DNA of 51,289 nucleotides, taken from positions 1-51,289 of IMG/VR virus record IMGVR_UViG_3300037692_000062, one strand, 5' to 3'. A model generated the notes under the pieces. The model was not told the DNA's origin. It made no database searches and saw only the letters and a program-made list of their open reading frames with translations. This document shows positions 34,244-43,558 of this stretch, one piece after another. The first letter of the stretch is position 1; each line of letters starts with the position of its first letter. This DNA comes from a virus. Lineage: Duplodnaviria; Caudoviricetes. The position numbers were made by a program, and so were the translations under genes.

Positions 34244-34272
34244 ATAGTCTCATACTCCCCTGGCATTGTCAA
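34244..34272 (-). promoter_or_regulatory. Sigma70-type early promoter
   Basis: TTGACA-17bp-GACTAT with extended -10 TG; predicted start near 34238 coincides with the 5' strand of the outermost RNA helix. Confidence 0.6.
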
Positions 34273-34313
34273 TCCTGTTAAGTCACTGGTTTTGTTGAGG
34301 TTCTTAATTTTGT

Positions 34314-34754
34314 TTATCGGTCCGACCAAGTCTTGTACCGGCGGACATTGGGACGAACCTTGTTCCGAGAGTGGGGAGCATTGGCAGCGCCGAGGAGCTC
34401 CGTCTTGTGTTCGGCATTGGCGGCGTTTGGCGCTACAACTAGAGTACGTTCAGGTATAACTTCGAGGTCGTTGTACCTGGCGACAAGAGCTAGCATCGTC
34501 TCGCGTTGCTTTACGATTTGGATGCAACGGATTATCGCTTGGTCTTTCTTGCCTCGCTTGAGGGCATTGGCCAGCCGAACTAGATCACAGTTGATCTTGT
34601 CTTTTAATGACTTGATCTGATGGTCAATGGACTGGCGTGAGGCGTCTCGTGCTGTTGGGTTGAAGTGGCGTTCTGATATGCCACCGTAGCCTACTGAACC
34701 GACGCCAGATGCCTGGCCTAACTCTGGCCTGCCTTTATCGACTAGCGCGCTCAT
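34314..34754 (-). CDS. Early hypothetical protein
   Basis: GAGGTG RBS, ATGA overlap. Confidence 0.6.
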   Translation of the reverse strand: MSALVDKGRPELGQASGVGSVGYGGISERHFNPTARDASRQSIDHQIKSLKDKINCDLVRLANALKRGKKDQAIIRCIQIVKQRETMLALVARYNDLEVIPERTLVVAPNAANAEHKTELLGAANAPHSRNKVRPNVRRYKTWSDR

Positions 34755-34876
34755 AAGCACACCTCAAACATCGATTGTAGTGCGGCCTGGTAGACGTAGA
34801 GAAAGCCCGCACCGTAGGCAAAGCCAACGATAGCGAAGGCTAGCCGAATGATGGCTTCGTTAGACATGTTTGTCAT
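34751..34876 (-). CDS. 41-aa membrane peptide, probable first early gene (not in ORF track)
   Basis: MTNMSNEAIIRLAFAIVGFAYGAGFLYVYQAALQSMFEVCL; AAGGG RBS. Confidence 0.55.
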   Translation of the reverse strand: MTNMSNEAIIRLAFAIVGFAYGAGFLYVYQAALQSMFEVCL

Positions 34877-35181
34877 GGTGTTACCCTTTGGGTTGCACCA
34901 ATGAGCTTAACAGGATTGACAATGTCAAAGAACCGACCGGGCAAGGCCCCGTCAACGTGTAGACTAGACTAGGAATGTGGCAGAAATAAGGCGACATGTT
35001 TAAATCAAATGATATCGAAAGAGGGGGGATGTGGCATGAGAGTTGTAGACGCAAGTATCGTGCCAAACCGGCGGATAGCCTGAGGTTTAGACGAATGGTA
35101 ATCAAATGGTGTGCAAGCCACACTCTGGCATAAATCTTGCATACCAAGGGCAACACGGCTCACACCAGGCCGCGCCATCGT

Positions 35182-35240
35182 GTTCGTTTTGTGTTCCCGA
35201 TGTGTTCGTCTTGTGTACACGATTCGTTTCCGATTCGTTC
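35182..35240. promoter_or_regulatory. Tandem GTTC-N7-GTTC array (alphaproteobacterial LexA-box-like)
   Basis: Half-sites at exact 11-bp period: GTTC 35182, 35193, 35204; GTAC 35215; GTTT 35226; GTTC 35237. Confidence 0.6.
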
Positions 35241-35418
35241 TCCTCTGGGGTTGACCTGGGGGCACCAAGGGGGGCCAGGGGTACCCGCTGCGCGGGGAAT
35301 CGCACCATCCGAATTACTAGCAGAAATTCCCAGACCCCAGTTTTAGAGGAAAAAACCACTCGAAAACCCCGATATCACAAATATTTTCCTCTTTTATCAT
35401 TTTTCTCCTTCCAAGGTG

Positions 35419-35447
35419 TTGACTTTTCCCTAAAAAAGGTGTAGTGT
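35419..35447 (+). promoter_or_regulatory. Sigma70-type promoter for the late arm
   Basis: TTGACT-17bp-TAGTGT upstream of the terminase genes. Confidence 0.55.
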
Positions 35448-35698
35448 ATAGGAGTATACATCAGGAACACGATGTGTATCACAAGGGAACACCCCTCAGC
35501 ACCCTTCATCACTCTCCTATTTAGAGGATAGTGTATATCATAGGGTCATCCCGAGGAACAGCCTTCCTTGTGAATGTTCGTGTAACTAATAGTATACCTC
35601 TGAACCACTGGCTGAACCCCAGCAGAGAAGGAAGGCTGTCGCCGACGGATGACACTCAAGACGTCAGGAGACGACATGAAGATTAGGGACCTACCGTA

Positions 35699-36160
35699 AT
35701 GAACTTCAAGAATGTCAATGGCGTCTGGTTGACTCAAGGCCTCTTCTATGAGACTACGACTGATAAGTCGACAGCGGTCTACTCCATCGAAGACCTTCGG
35801 GAGAAGTACCTCACCATTGCCGATCCTACCGAATACCGATTTGCTACCGAGTGCCTTGGTGGGTGGGACCACTGGATTGCATTGTCAGAGGCATCGTTTT
35901 TTCAGAAATACATCGAGAAGTGGCGTAATGAACTCGAAGTCAAGCTTCGCTCAGCTGCCGTTGCAGGAATCATACTCCAAGCGAACCAAGGGGGCAGGGA
36001 CTCGTTCCAAGCGAACAAGTACCTCGCGGATCGTGGCTACGACAACCCCCGGCAGACGAAAGGTCGTCCGAAGAAAGAAGACATAGCCCGTGCAGCCACA
36101 GAGATGGTCGCTGACAGGCGAAGAGAGGCTGATGACTACCTCCGTGTCATCCCGAACTAA
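35699..36160 (+). CDS. terS: Terminase small subunit (putative)
   Basis: Position before TerL; DPTEYRFA...GGWDHW, WRNELEVKLRS, KGRPKK. Confidence 0.7.
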   Translation: MNFKNVNGVWLTQGLFYETTTDKSTAVYSIEDLREKYLTIADPTEYRFATECLGGWDHWIALSEASFFQKYIEKWRNELEVKLRSAAVAGIILQANQGGRDSFQANKYLADRGYDNPRQTKGRPKKEDIARAATEMVADRRREADDYLRVIPN

Positions 36161-36255
36161 ACTCGCTGTAGCCCCCCTCTGAGGGCGTTTACGGCCCTAT
36201 GGGCCAACGGGGCTGCAAATCGATTTAAACGGTATCTACGATTTACGAGGGCATC

Positions 36256-36438
36256 GTGCAGGACCTATCTTGGAAATTCTGGAACTCTAAACGTGGGGAC
36301 AACACTGTTTCTCACACCTTAGTCGACCTACAATTCGCTGTCCTGCGGTACAATTCCTACAAAGGCAGTAACTCCGATATGCTCGCCCAGTGGCGTAAGG
36401 CAGGATATCCCACTCTAGACGCGATAGTGATTGTCTGA
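36256..36438 (+). CDS. Hypothetical protein
   Basis: GTG start with GAGGG RBS; stop abuts the TerL ATG. Confidence 0.5.
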   Translation: MQDLSWKFWNSKRGDNTVSHTLVDLQFAVLRYNSYKGSNSDMLAQWRKAGYPTLDAIVIV

Positions 36439-37995
36439 ATGGCACGTTCAAGCGCGATGACTAAGCGGGAGCAAATCCGGCAGCTTGCCGAGAATGATCT
36501 CGAAGTCTTTATTCGGCTTGTTCATCCAGGGCGTGTCCTGGGTTCTATCCACAAGGAAGTCATTCAGTGGTGGACACGTCAAGATGCGAAATCTCACCAG
36601 CTCCTGCTTCTTCCTCGTGACCATCAGAAGTCTGCTCTCGTTGCCTACCGAGTCGCTTGGTGGATTACTCGAAACCCCTCGATTCGCATTCTGTACATCT
36701 CGGCGACGTCTGGTCTGGCGATCAAGCAGTTGAAGTTCATTAAGGACATCTTGACTTCAGACATCTACCGGTATTACTGGCCGGATATGGTCAATCAAGA
36801 GGAGACGAAGCGGGAGAAGTGGACTGAGACAGAAATCTCCGTTGATCACCCCCTCCGTCGAGCCGAGGCCGTCCGTGATCCTACGATCTTTACAGCCGGC
36901 CTGACCACGAACATCGTCGGTATGCACTCTGACATCTCTGTCTTTGATGACGTCGTCGTTCCGGACAATGCGTATACCGAAGAAACACGGGGCAAGGTTC
37001 AAGCACAGTACTCTCAGCTTGCTAGTATCGAAGGTGCAGACTCGTCCCAATGGGTTGTTGGTACACGGTACCACCCGAAAGACCTGTACGCAGACATGAT
37101 TTCGATGAGTGTCGAAACGTTCAACGAGTCTGGTGATCTCACAGGTAGTGAACCGCTGTACGAAGTCTTTCAACGAGAGGTTGAGAATGTCGGAGATGGC
37201 TCTGGTGAGTTCTTGTGGCCACGTCAACAGCGATATGATGGTAAGTGGTTTGGGTTCAATACGGAAGTTCTTGCTCGGAAGCGTGCTCAGTATCTTGATC
37301 GGGCACAGTACTATGCGCAGTACTATAACAATCCGAATGCAATCGATGATTCTCCAATCGATCCGGACTTGTTCCAGTACTATGAGCCGACCTTCCTGAA
37401 GCAGCGAGACGGATATTGGCACTACAAAGACCGTCGGTTAAACGTCTTTGCTGCCATTGACTTCGCATTCACACTAGGAAAACGATCTGATTATACGTGT
37501 ATCGTTACCGTCGGTGTTGACTTCGATCACAACTATTACGTCATGGATATCGATAGATTCCGGACAGATCGGATTTCTGACTACTTCGATCACCTCCTTC
37601 GAGCCCATGAAAAGTACGGCTTCCGGAGGCTCCGTGCCGAAGTCACAGCAGCGCAATCCGTTCTTGTCAAAGACCTGAAAGAGAATTACATTCGTCCGTA
37701 TGGCCTTTCCCTCTCTATCGAGGAATTCAAGCCGAACAGAAACCAAGGGAATAAAGAAGAGCGTGTTGCTGCTGTCCTCCACCCGAGGTATGAAAACCAG
37801 CAAATCTGGCACTACAAAGGCGGCAACGTCCAGCTCCTAGAGGAAGAGCTATTGTCACGAAATCCGCAACACGATGACATCAAGGATACGCTGGCTTCTG
37901 CTATTGAGACATCGGTGGCGCCTACTGGCGCTGCAAGACGGCCACAAACTAACGTCATTCAATTGTTTAATGAACGGTTCGGAGGCATCGCGTAA
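36439..37995 (+). CDS. terL: Terminase large subunit
   Basis: LLPRDHQKS Walker A variant, GMHSDISVFDD Walker B, VGTRYH, AQYYNNP, AAIDFA...SDYT nuclease, HDDIKD. Confidence 0.93.
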   Translation: MARSSAMTKREQIRQLAENDLEVFIRLVHPGRVLGSIHKEVIQWWTRQDAKSHQLLLLPRDHQKSALVAYRVAWWITRNPSIRILYISATSGLAIKQLKFIKDILTSDIYRYYWPDMVNQEETKREKWTETEISVDHPLRRAEAVRDPTIFTAGLTTNIVGMHSDISVFDDVVVPDNAYTEETRGKVQAQYSQLASIEGADSSQWVVGTRYHPKDLYADMISMSVETFNESGDLTGSEPLYEVFQREVENVGDGSGEFLWPRQQRYDGKWFGFNTEVLARKRAQYLDRAQYYAQYYNNPNAIDDSPIDPDLFQYYEPTFLKQRDGYWHYKDRRLNVFAAIDFAFTLGKRSDYTCIVTVGVDFDHNYYVMDIDRFRTDRISDYFDHLLRAHEKYGFRRLRAEVTAAQSVLVKDLKENYIRPYGLSLSIEEFKPNRNQGNKEERVAAVLHPRYENQQIWHYKGGNVQLLEEELLSRNPQHDDIKDTLASAIETSVAPTGAARRPQTNVIQLFNERFGGIA

Positions 37996-39794
37996 TGCCC
38001 AGAGGTAGTAAGGTCCTGCAATTTGATCAGATCAGTCTTCCTGATCGGCTAGGTTGTATGATCTCGGATATGTTTGTCAAGTGGGACGAAGGCCGCATTG
38101 TCACAAAGGAGCGGTGGCGCGAGCTGTATAAGTACCTGTACGCCACTGATACCAAGACGACCACGAATGCGTCACTCCCTTGGAAGAACACGACTACGAC
38201 ACCGAAGTTGACCCAGATCAGGGACAACTTGTACGCGAATTACATGGCGAGTATGTTCCCGAAACGGCGTTGGTTGATTTGGGAGGGTGCGAGTAAGTCC
38301 GACGACACGAAGCGTAAATCCGAGGCTATTAAGGCGTACATGACTCATGTCATAGAGTACCCGGGTTTTAAAGAGACTGTGTCTCGGCTTGTCTTAGACT
38401 ACCTCGACAACGGCAACTGCTTTGTCACCGTCGACTGGCTTGATGAAACCGTTGCGCAAGATACTGGTAAAATTCAAACGGGGTACGTCGGTCCCATTCT
38501 TCAGCGGATTTCTCCGTATGACATTGTCATTAACCCGACGTCTCCAGATTTTTCTCAATCTCCCAAGATCGTCCGTTCACTTGTTACTCTAGGCGACGTC
38601 AAGGAAATTCTTGAGCGGCAAACGACAAACGATGGCGAGCGGCAGGTTGCTGAAGACCTCTACCGGTATCTCCAAGAAATCCGCGCTCGTGTCGCCAACT
38701 TTCAAGGCGATCTCAATACGCAAGATACGTTTTATCGGATCGACGGTTTTACGTCCTTCCGTCATTATTTGGAGTCTGGCTATGCTGAAATCCTTACTTT
38801 CTATGGTGACATCTACGATGTCGAAACTGGGAAGTTCTATAAAAACCACATCATCCAAGTTGTGGACCGACATAAAATCATTCGTCTTGAACCTAATCCT
38901 AGCGATTTTGGACACGCTCCGGTTTACCATTCAGGATGGAGAACCCGTCAGGATAATCTTTGGGCGATGGGTCCTTTTGACAATCTCGTTGGTATGCAGT
39001 ATCGTCTTGATCATATTGAGAACCTCAAGGCGGATTTTTTTGACATTGTCTACGCTCCTCCGCTAAAGATCAAAGGATACGTCGAAGACTTTACTTGGGG
39101 GCCGTTTGAGAAAATCCATGTCGGTGATGACGGTGACGTCAATATTATGTCGCCCACAATCGACCCTCTCCAAGCGAACTTCGAGCTTCAGATGCTTGAA
39201 GCCAAGATGGAGGAGCTTGCTGGTGCGCCTAAGGAAGCCATGGGTTTCCGGACACCGGGAGAAAAGACAGCCTACGAAGTCCAACGACTAGAGAACGCCG
39301 CAGCTCGCATCTTCCAGAACAAGATTGCACAGTTTGAAGAGCAGATTCTTGAACCGGCGCTGAATTCTGCATTAGAGCATGCTCGTAGGAAGATGTCAAC
39401 GACTAGCATCCGCATCCTTGATGATGAGTACGGTATCGCAACGTTCAAGACATTGTCTCCACAGGATATCGTGGGTGTGGGTCGCATTCGTCCGGTTGCT
39501 GCCAGGCACTTTGCCGAGACGTCTGAGCGGGTTCAGAATATCACGAACTTCTTCGCTTCTGCCATCGGGCAGGACCCGGAAGTCAGGATGCATATCTCTT
39601 CGATTGAAGTCGCAAGACTCTTCGAAGAACTCCTCGATCTCAAGGATTACAAACTCGTTGAGCCGTTTATTCGCCTGACTGAACAGGCAGAAGCACAGCA
39701 GCTCGCTAACCAACACGCAGAGGAAACGACAGTTGGTCTACAGACCCCTTCAGGATTGTCTCCTGAAGACAGTGACCTGCCGTTTGTAGGATAG
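37995..39794 (+). CDS. Portal protein
   Basis: 599 aa directly after TerL; PKLTQIRDNL, RISPYDIV, RTPGEKTAYEV. Confidence 0.88.
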   Translation: MPRGSKVLQFDQISLPDRLGCMISDMFVKWDEGRIVTKERWRELYKYLYATDTKTTTNASLPWKNTTTTPKLTQIRDNLYANYMASMFPKRRWLIWEGASKSDDTKRKSEAIKAYMTHVIEYPGFKETVSRLVLDYLDNGNCFVTVDWLDETVAQDTGKIQTGYVGPILQRISPYDIVINPTSPDFSQSPKIVRSLVTLGDVKEILERQTTNDGERQVAEDLYRYLQEIRARVANFQGDLNTQDTFYRIDGFTSFRHYLESGYAEILTFYGDIYDVETGKFYKNHIIQVVDRHKIIRLEPNPSDFGHAPVYHSGWRTRQDNLWAMGPFDNLVGMQYRLDHIENLKADFFDIVYAPPLKIKGYVEDFTWGPFEKIHVGDDGDVNIMSPTIDPLQANFELQMLEAKMEELAGAPKEAMGFRTPGEKTAYEVQRLENAAARIFQNKIAQFEEQILEPALNSALEHARRKMSTTSIRILDDEYGIATFKTLSPQDIVGVGRIRPVAARHFAETSERVQNITNFFASAIGQDPEVRMHISSIEVARLFEELLDLKDYKLVEPFIRLTEQAEAQQLANQHAEETTVGLQTPSGLSPEDSDLPFVG

Positions 39795-40051
39795 TGAAAA
39801 ATCTCTCTACAGAATGGACGCGACATCTCAGAGATGAGAACGAGCGTAAGTCTTTCTCGGAGGCGATCAGGAATGACACACTTGTCCTGACACGTCTGCA
39901 AGGGATCATCAGAGAAAAACTCGATGTCCTTGCCCGTGAAGAAGAAACGGAAGATTTCCACGACAGTGGATACCCCTTCCGTCAGCCTTTCAATAATGGA
40001 AGGCGAGCAGGATTAAAGGACATTCTGCGCCTACTTGACTTTATGAATTAA
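39794..40051 (+). CDS. Hypothetical protein
   Basis: Small gene in the usual slot between portal and scaffold. Confidence 0.65.
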   Translation: MKNLSTEWTRHLRDENERKSFSEAIRNDTLVLTRLQGIIREKLDVLAREEETEDFHDSGYPFRQPFNNGRRAGLKDILRLLDFMN

Positions 40052-40065
40052 TAGGAGACAACCCT

Positions 40066-40758
40066 ATGGCCGATATCTTCGAAGACAAACCCGGAGAGAA
40101 CATTCCAGCGTATGAAGAGCTTGTTGGTGACGGTAAGAAATTCAAGACCAATGAAGACGTCGCTAAGAAGATTTTCCACTCTGACAAGCACATTTCTGAG
40201 CTTGAACGGGAGCTGGAAGAGTTGAGAACGGAACTTCGTTCTCGAAGCAACCTTGAAGACATGCTCAAGGACTTGAAAACCGGAGAACAGACGCCAACAC
40301 CGCTAGAACCCGGTCAGGAAGCTAAACCCGAAGTCAATATCAAAGAGGAAGTCAAGAAGCTCCTCTCTGAGCAGAAGTCGCAGGAACAGTTGGAGGCTAA
40401 CGTCTCTGTTGTTCGTGACGGCTTGAAGCAGCGCTTCGGGGATGACTACAACAACCACCTACTCGCTATTGCAAAGGAATTGAACGTCTCTGTTGACTTC
40501 CTTCGTGATGTCGGCGTGAAGTCACCTTCGGGTTTCTTTAAGCTGATCGACAGTGTCAAGGCTTCGGGTCCAATGAAGTCGAATACTCCGCCCCAATCTC
40601 GGGTGGATGCGGCTCATAATCTGGATACGAACTCTGTCCACAATCGAAGGTACTACCGCGAACTGAAACAAAAGGATCGCAACCTGTATTTTTCAGCTCG
40701 TGTGCAGCGGCAGATGTACGAAGACGCAATGCGAATGGGTTCCGAGTTCGATAAATAA
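40066..40758 (+). CDS. Capsid scaffolding protein
   Basis: Charged coiled coil, LVGDGKKFK motif, directly before the capsid gene. Confidence 0.78.
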   Translation: MADIFEDKPGENIPAYEELVGDGKKFKTNEDVAKKIFHSDKHISELERELEELRTELRSRSNLEDMLKDLKTGEQTPTPLEPGQEAKPEVNIKEEVKKLLSEQKSQEQLEANVSVVRDGLKQRFGDDYNNHLLAIAKELNVSVDFLRDVGVKSPSGFFKLIDSVKASGPMKSNTPPQSRVDAAHNLDTNSVHNRRYYRELKQKDRNLYFSARVQRQMYEDAMRMGSEFDK

Positions 40759-40774
40759 CTGAAAGGATCCAATT

Positions 40775-41755
40775 ATGGACTCAACTACCCTTCAGCACCT
40801 GACTCGGTCTAATCTCTGGTCTACTGAGCTTAAGGAAAACTTCGAAGACGAATTGATGGCTTTGAAGTATATTGACTGGCTCGACGGCTTCCCGGATGGT
40901 GAACAGTTCAACATCCCGAGCGTCGGTCAGGCTGAGGCTATGGACTACGAGGAAGGCCAGTCGGTCACCTATACTGATCTTGCGACGGGCAACTTCACGT
41001 TCCGGATTACCGAGTACGTGCAGTCCGGTCACTTCATCACCAAGAAAGCCTTGCAGGACGGTTTCTACATGAGTCAGCTCGTGTCGAAATTCGTGCCGTC
41101 TGAGCACCGTGCGATTATGAAGGTGATGGAGAAGGACGCCCTTCGTATCGGTGTCGAGCGCCAGACGGCGTCCGATCCGAACACCATTGCTGGCGTCTCC
41201 CACCGTTGGGTGGGTACTGGCGTGGATGGCGCCTCTGCCTCGAATGACACGATCTCCGTTGAAGACTTTGCCCGTGCACGTCTTGCCTTGCAGAAGGCGA
41301 ACGTCCCTCTGGTGGGTCTCATCGCAATCGTTGATCCGAGCGTGGAGTTCACGTTCAATACGTTGGCGAATATTACCAACGTGTCGAACAACCCGATGTG
41401 GCAGGGTATTATCTCTGAAGGCATCGGCGATACCACGGGTATGAAGTTCAAAGCGAATGTCTACGGCTTCGACGTATATACTTCGCAGAACCTCGCTACC
41501 GTTTCGGACACCACGATCCACTCGCACACTGTTCCTACGAACAACGTCGCGAATCTGTTCTTCTCGACGGCTCCTGAGGCTGCTCCCTTTGTGGGTGCGG
41601 TTCGTCAGCCCCCGACCGTGGACAGCAAGTGGAACATGGATTTGCAGCGTGAAGAGTACGTGACGACCGCTCGTTACGGCCTCGACCTGTATCGTCCGGA
41701 GAACTTCGTCGTTGTCATCACTGACAACACGATTGCTGTCCCGACTTACGCCTAA
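40775..41755 (+). CDS. Major capsid protein
   Basis: 326 aa; FPDGEQFNIPSVG, YGFDVYTS, TARYG...RPEN; position. Confidence 0.88.
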   Translation: MDSTTLQHLTRSNLWSTELKENFEDELMALKYIDWLDGFPDGEQFNIPSVGQAEAMDYEEGQSVTYTDLATGNFTFRITEYVQSGHFITKKALQDGFYMSQLVSKFVPSEHRAIMKVMEKDALRIGVERQTASDPNTIAGVSHRWVGTGVDGASASNDTISVEDFARARLALQKANVPLVGLIAIVDPSVEFTFNTLANITNVSNNPMWQGIISEGIGDTTGMKFKANVYGFDVYTSQNLATVSDTTIHSHTVPTNNVANLFFSTAPEAAPFVGAVRQPPTVDSKWNMDLQREEYVTTARYGLDLYRPENFVVVITDNTIAVPTYA

Positions 41756-41772
41756 CTAAGAGGAGCTCAATC

Positions 41773-42321
41773 ATGGCTACTTATATCAATGCCGATGGTC
41801 TCCCTTGGAACCTCGGCCTCGACGAAGCTAAGAAAGCCAACATTGGTGCATATACCAATTTTGGTCCGGTGCATCAGTTGGAAGTCCTCGTCAAGTATGA
41901 TGAGCTTCCGGCTGTTGCCGATGCTCAGGTCATTCTCGATGATGCGTTTACCATTCCGGCAGGCGCGTTGATTGAAGAGGTCCAGATTATGACCCCGACT
42001 ACGGCGGTCGATTCTGCTGGCGATGCTCTGACTTTTTGTCTGGGTGTTATCAACCAGGATCGCACGTCGAACCCCGATACAGACTTCTTTATCGTTGACG
42101 CCACTCAGGCAGAGATTAATGGCTCTGGTGTCAATGCGACGGAAGGCTCTATTAATAGTGCCGACTGGGTTGGTGCTGGGGTTAGTGCTGTCACAGCGTA
42201 TAACTACCTAATTACGTGGGAAGTCAATGCTGCGGCGGCTACTGCTGGTCAGTTTACTGTTCGCATTCGTTGGAGTTTCCCTCCGAAGAACTCTGATACG
42301 CTGGCCTATACCAAGTCGTAA
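41773..42321 (+). CDS. Virion structural protein (possible capsid decoration)
   Basis: Beta-rich, IPAGALI motif, follows the capsid gene with a strong RBS. Confidence 0.6.
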   Translation: MATYINADGLPWNLGLDEAKKANIGAYTNFGPVHQLEVLVKYDELPAVADAQVILDDAFTIPAGALIEEVQIMTPTTAVDSAGDALTFCLGVINQDRTSNPDTDFFIVDATQAEINGSGVNATEGSINSADWVGAGVSAVTAYNYLITWEVNAAAATAGQFTVRIRWSFPPKNSDTLAYTKS

Positions 42322-42395
42322 TCGTAATGGCGGAGGAGGGAGACGGGGTGTCCGTCGGCGACACCCTCCTCCGTCGCCCTTGAAAGGATTAATCA

Positions 42396-42875
42396 ATGTC
42401 TAATGTTATGGACTACAGGGGTCTTACGATGCTTGCTAGTAAGTTCGTTGGTGAGTTCACCGGCGATATCACTGGCGATAAGGCGGGCGTCCCTACTACA
42501 TACACTATTGGCTTGGCCGCATCTGCGACTACCGACGGTATGGATATCACTGTGACTGCCAAGGATAAGGACGGGGAAACGCTTACGGGTGTTCATCCGT
42601 TTATTTGGTATATCTCTGAGGCAGACACCGGCATCGGCATCACAGCGGATACATACTCTGGTGACGTCACTACGGTCTCCCCGTCAGGGGGCGAGCTCGT
42701 TGAACTCGTAAGCAAGAAGGTCTTTCTTTGTGTCACAGCAGCGACAGGTATTTGGACCGGTCTGGCTGTGGCTTCTGCCAATCCGACGGATCAATACGTC
42801 GTAGTCATCAACCCGTACACCGGTGGCCTTGTTGTTTCTGCCGTCTCTGGTACAAATTGGGAAGGGGCTGCGTAA
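42396..42875 (+). CDS. Putative virion protein (beta-rich)
   Basis: Thr/Gly/Val-rich; AAGGA RBS. Confidence 0.6.
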   Translation: MSNVMDYRGLTMLASKFVGEFTGDITGDKAGVPTTYTIGLAASATTDGMDITVTAKDKDGETLTGVHPFIWYISEADTGIGITADTYSGDVTTVSPSGGELVELVSKKVFLCVTAATGIWTGLAVASANPTDQYVVVINPYTGGLVVSAVSGTNWEGAA

Positions 42876-43009
42876 TGGGTAAATTTTCTTATGGCTCTGG
42901 AGCGATGATTGGGCGAAAACCCCCTCCGTCTCCTACTGTGACAACGCTACAGGTTGGTAGTACCAATCCTGGAATGGACCTCGTTAAGAAAATTAGGATG
43001 GGCAAGTAA
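42875..43009 (+). CDS. 44-aa hypothetical protein
   Basis: MGKFSYG...RMGK; TAATG overlap upstream, stop abuts the next ATG. Confidence 0.5.
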   Translation: MGKFSYGSGAMIGRKPPPSPTVTTLQVGSTNPGMDLVKKIRMGK

Positions 43010-43558
43010 ATGTCTACCCAACACTCGGACATCACAGACCCCAACATCCATGAACCCAAAGGCGCCTCTACAGCCTCTGTCGGCACTGTGTACGTCTCTG
43101 ACGGAGCTGGTTCTGGTACATGGGGTAAACTCGATGAAGACAATCTCGATACTGTTTCTCTCTACGCAGATATTGAGACGAGTCTTGGTGATGGTACGAT
43201 CTCGGTGACGAGTAAGTACTATATTCACATTGTGATCCCGGATGTGTCGACTGCGCAATCAGTGATCGTGCCTGTCATTGAAGACAGTACCGTTGTTCAA
43301 GCTCGGTGCGTCTTAGGTGGGCCGATCACTGTTGCTGATGCTGCTGTGTCATTCAAGAACTCTGCGGCAGCTAGTATGGGCACCGATGTTACTGTGGCGT
43401 ACGACGGTTCTGCCAAAGGCGATGCGTATACGTTCACAGCATCGGGCAACAATGTTCTGTCAGGCCCGACTTGGATTGAGATTGCGACGGACGGTGGTAG
43501 TACCGATGCGCAGGCGTTGTACATCACCATCGAATTGACGGCGGTGTTGAATGGCTAA
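43010..43558 (+). CDS. Virion structural/fibre-associated protein
   Basis: HSDITDPNIHEPKG...VYVSDGAGSGTW N-terminus. Confidence 0.65.
   Translation: MSTQHSDITDPNIHEPKGASTASVGTVYVSDGAGSGTWGKLDEDNLDTVSLYADIETSLGDGTISVTSKYYIHIVIPDVSTAQSVIVPVIEDSTVVQARCVLGGPITVADAAVSFKNSAAASMGTDVTVAYDGSAKGDAYTFTASGNNVLSGPTWIEIATDGGSTDAQALYITIELTAVLNG

Larger units (their letters stand above)
34264..34924. repeat. 19-bp perfect inverted repeat
   Basis: CATTGTCAATCCTGTTAAG (34264-34282) and CTTAACAGGATTGACAATG (34906-34924). Confidence 0.9.

Noticed and set aside
33794-34459. 221-aa + strand ORF across the structured region
   Set aside because: Antisense to two genes and a promoter, with no RBS or recognisable protein features.
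35182-35240. CRISPR array
   Set aside because: The units are 4-bp half-sites with 7-bp spacers, far too short; the Cas4-like gene is an ordinary phage replication exonuclease.
34881-35444. ORFs listed in the inter-arm gap
   Set aside because: Overlapping frames on both strands without RBS; the region looks regulatory or terminal.
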